Source: Torpedo marmorata (Eukaryota). From it: a stretch of 64,000 nucleotides of DNA. Of this stretch, positions 63,791 through 64,000 are shown piece after piece. A model generated the notes under the pieces. That model was not told the origin of the DNA. It saw nothing but the letters and a program-made list of their open reading frames with translations, and ran no database searches. The translations under genes were made by a program, and so were the position numbers. The stretch spans positions 162,254,001 through 162,318,000 of the forward strand of contig OZ360222.1 of the NCBI GenBank assembly GCA_977017645.1. Direction: 5' to 3'. Position 1 is the stretch's first letter, and each line of letters starts with the position of its first letter.

Positions 63791-64000
63791 GTATAGTATT
63801 ATGGTGCAATATAATTCAGTAATTGTTTTCAAAATTAAATTAATTTTGTTTATTTACATACATATCATTATGCTTTTCTAGTGAAAAACAAAAGCAGAAA
63901 ATTTTCCAAGATCATAGTGTCTGACATAGGTATGGTGGAATAATTCCATATTTAACTAATGCTTTTCTCTCTGAAGCACTAATAAAAAAACAGATGAATA

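Overview
Vertebrate intron-rich genomic DNA, most likely from a cartilaginous fish (shark or ray; inferred from the SINE/CR1/Rex1/Penelope repeat mix). The window lies inside a + strand STXBP5 (tomosyn-1) gene. I can splice 11 GT-AG exons into one continuous frame, from the WD40 region (…DPFIILSGGLSYD…) to the hypervariable region (…EQKLPNFIEK). There is also a probable 84-nt in-frame cassette exon (44845-44928), missing from the ORF track, that resembles the alternative exon of the paralog STXBP5L. The introns are filled with CR1, Rex1/Babar, L1, Penelope remnants (some with hammerhead-ribozyme-like cores), tRNA/V-SINEs, Deu-SINEs, a full-length defective Tc1, pogo/Tigger elements, hAT MITEs and a solo LTR, several of them nested. 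Almost all ORFs in the supplied track are TE fragments or noise. Family and ortholog assignments come from recalled motifs, not database searches. Exon and TIR/TSD coordinates were read directly from the sequence; boundaries of old repeats are approximate.
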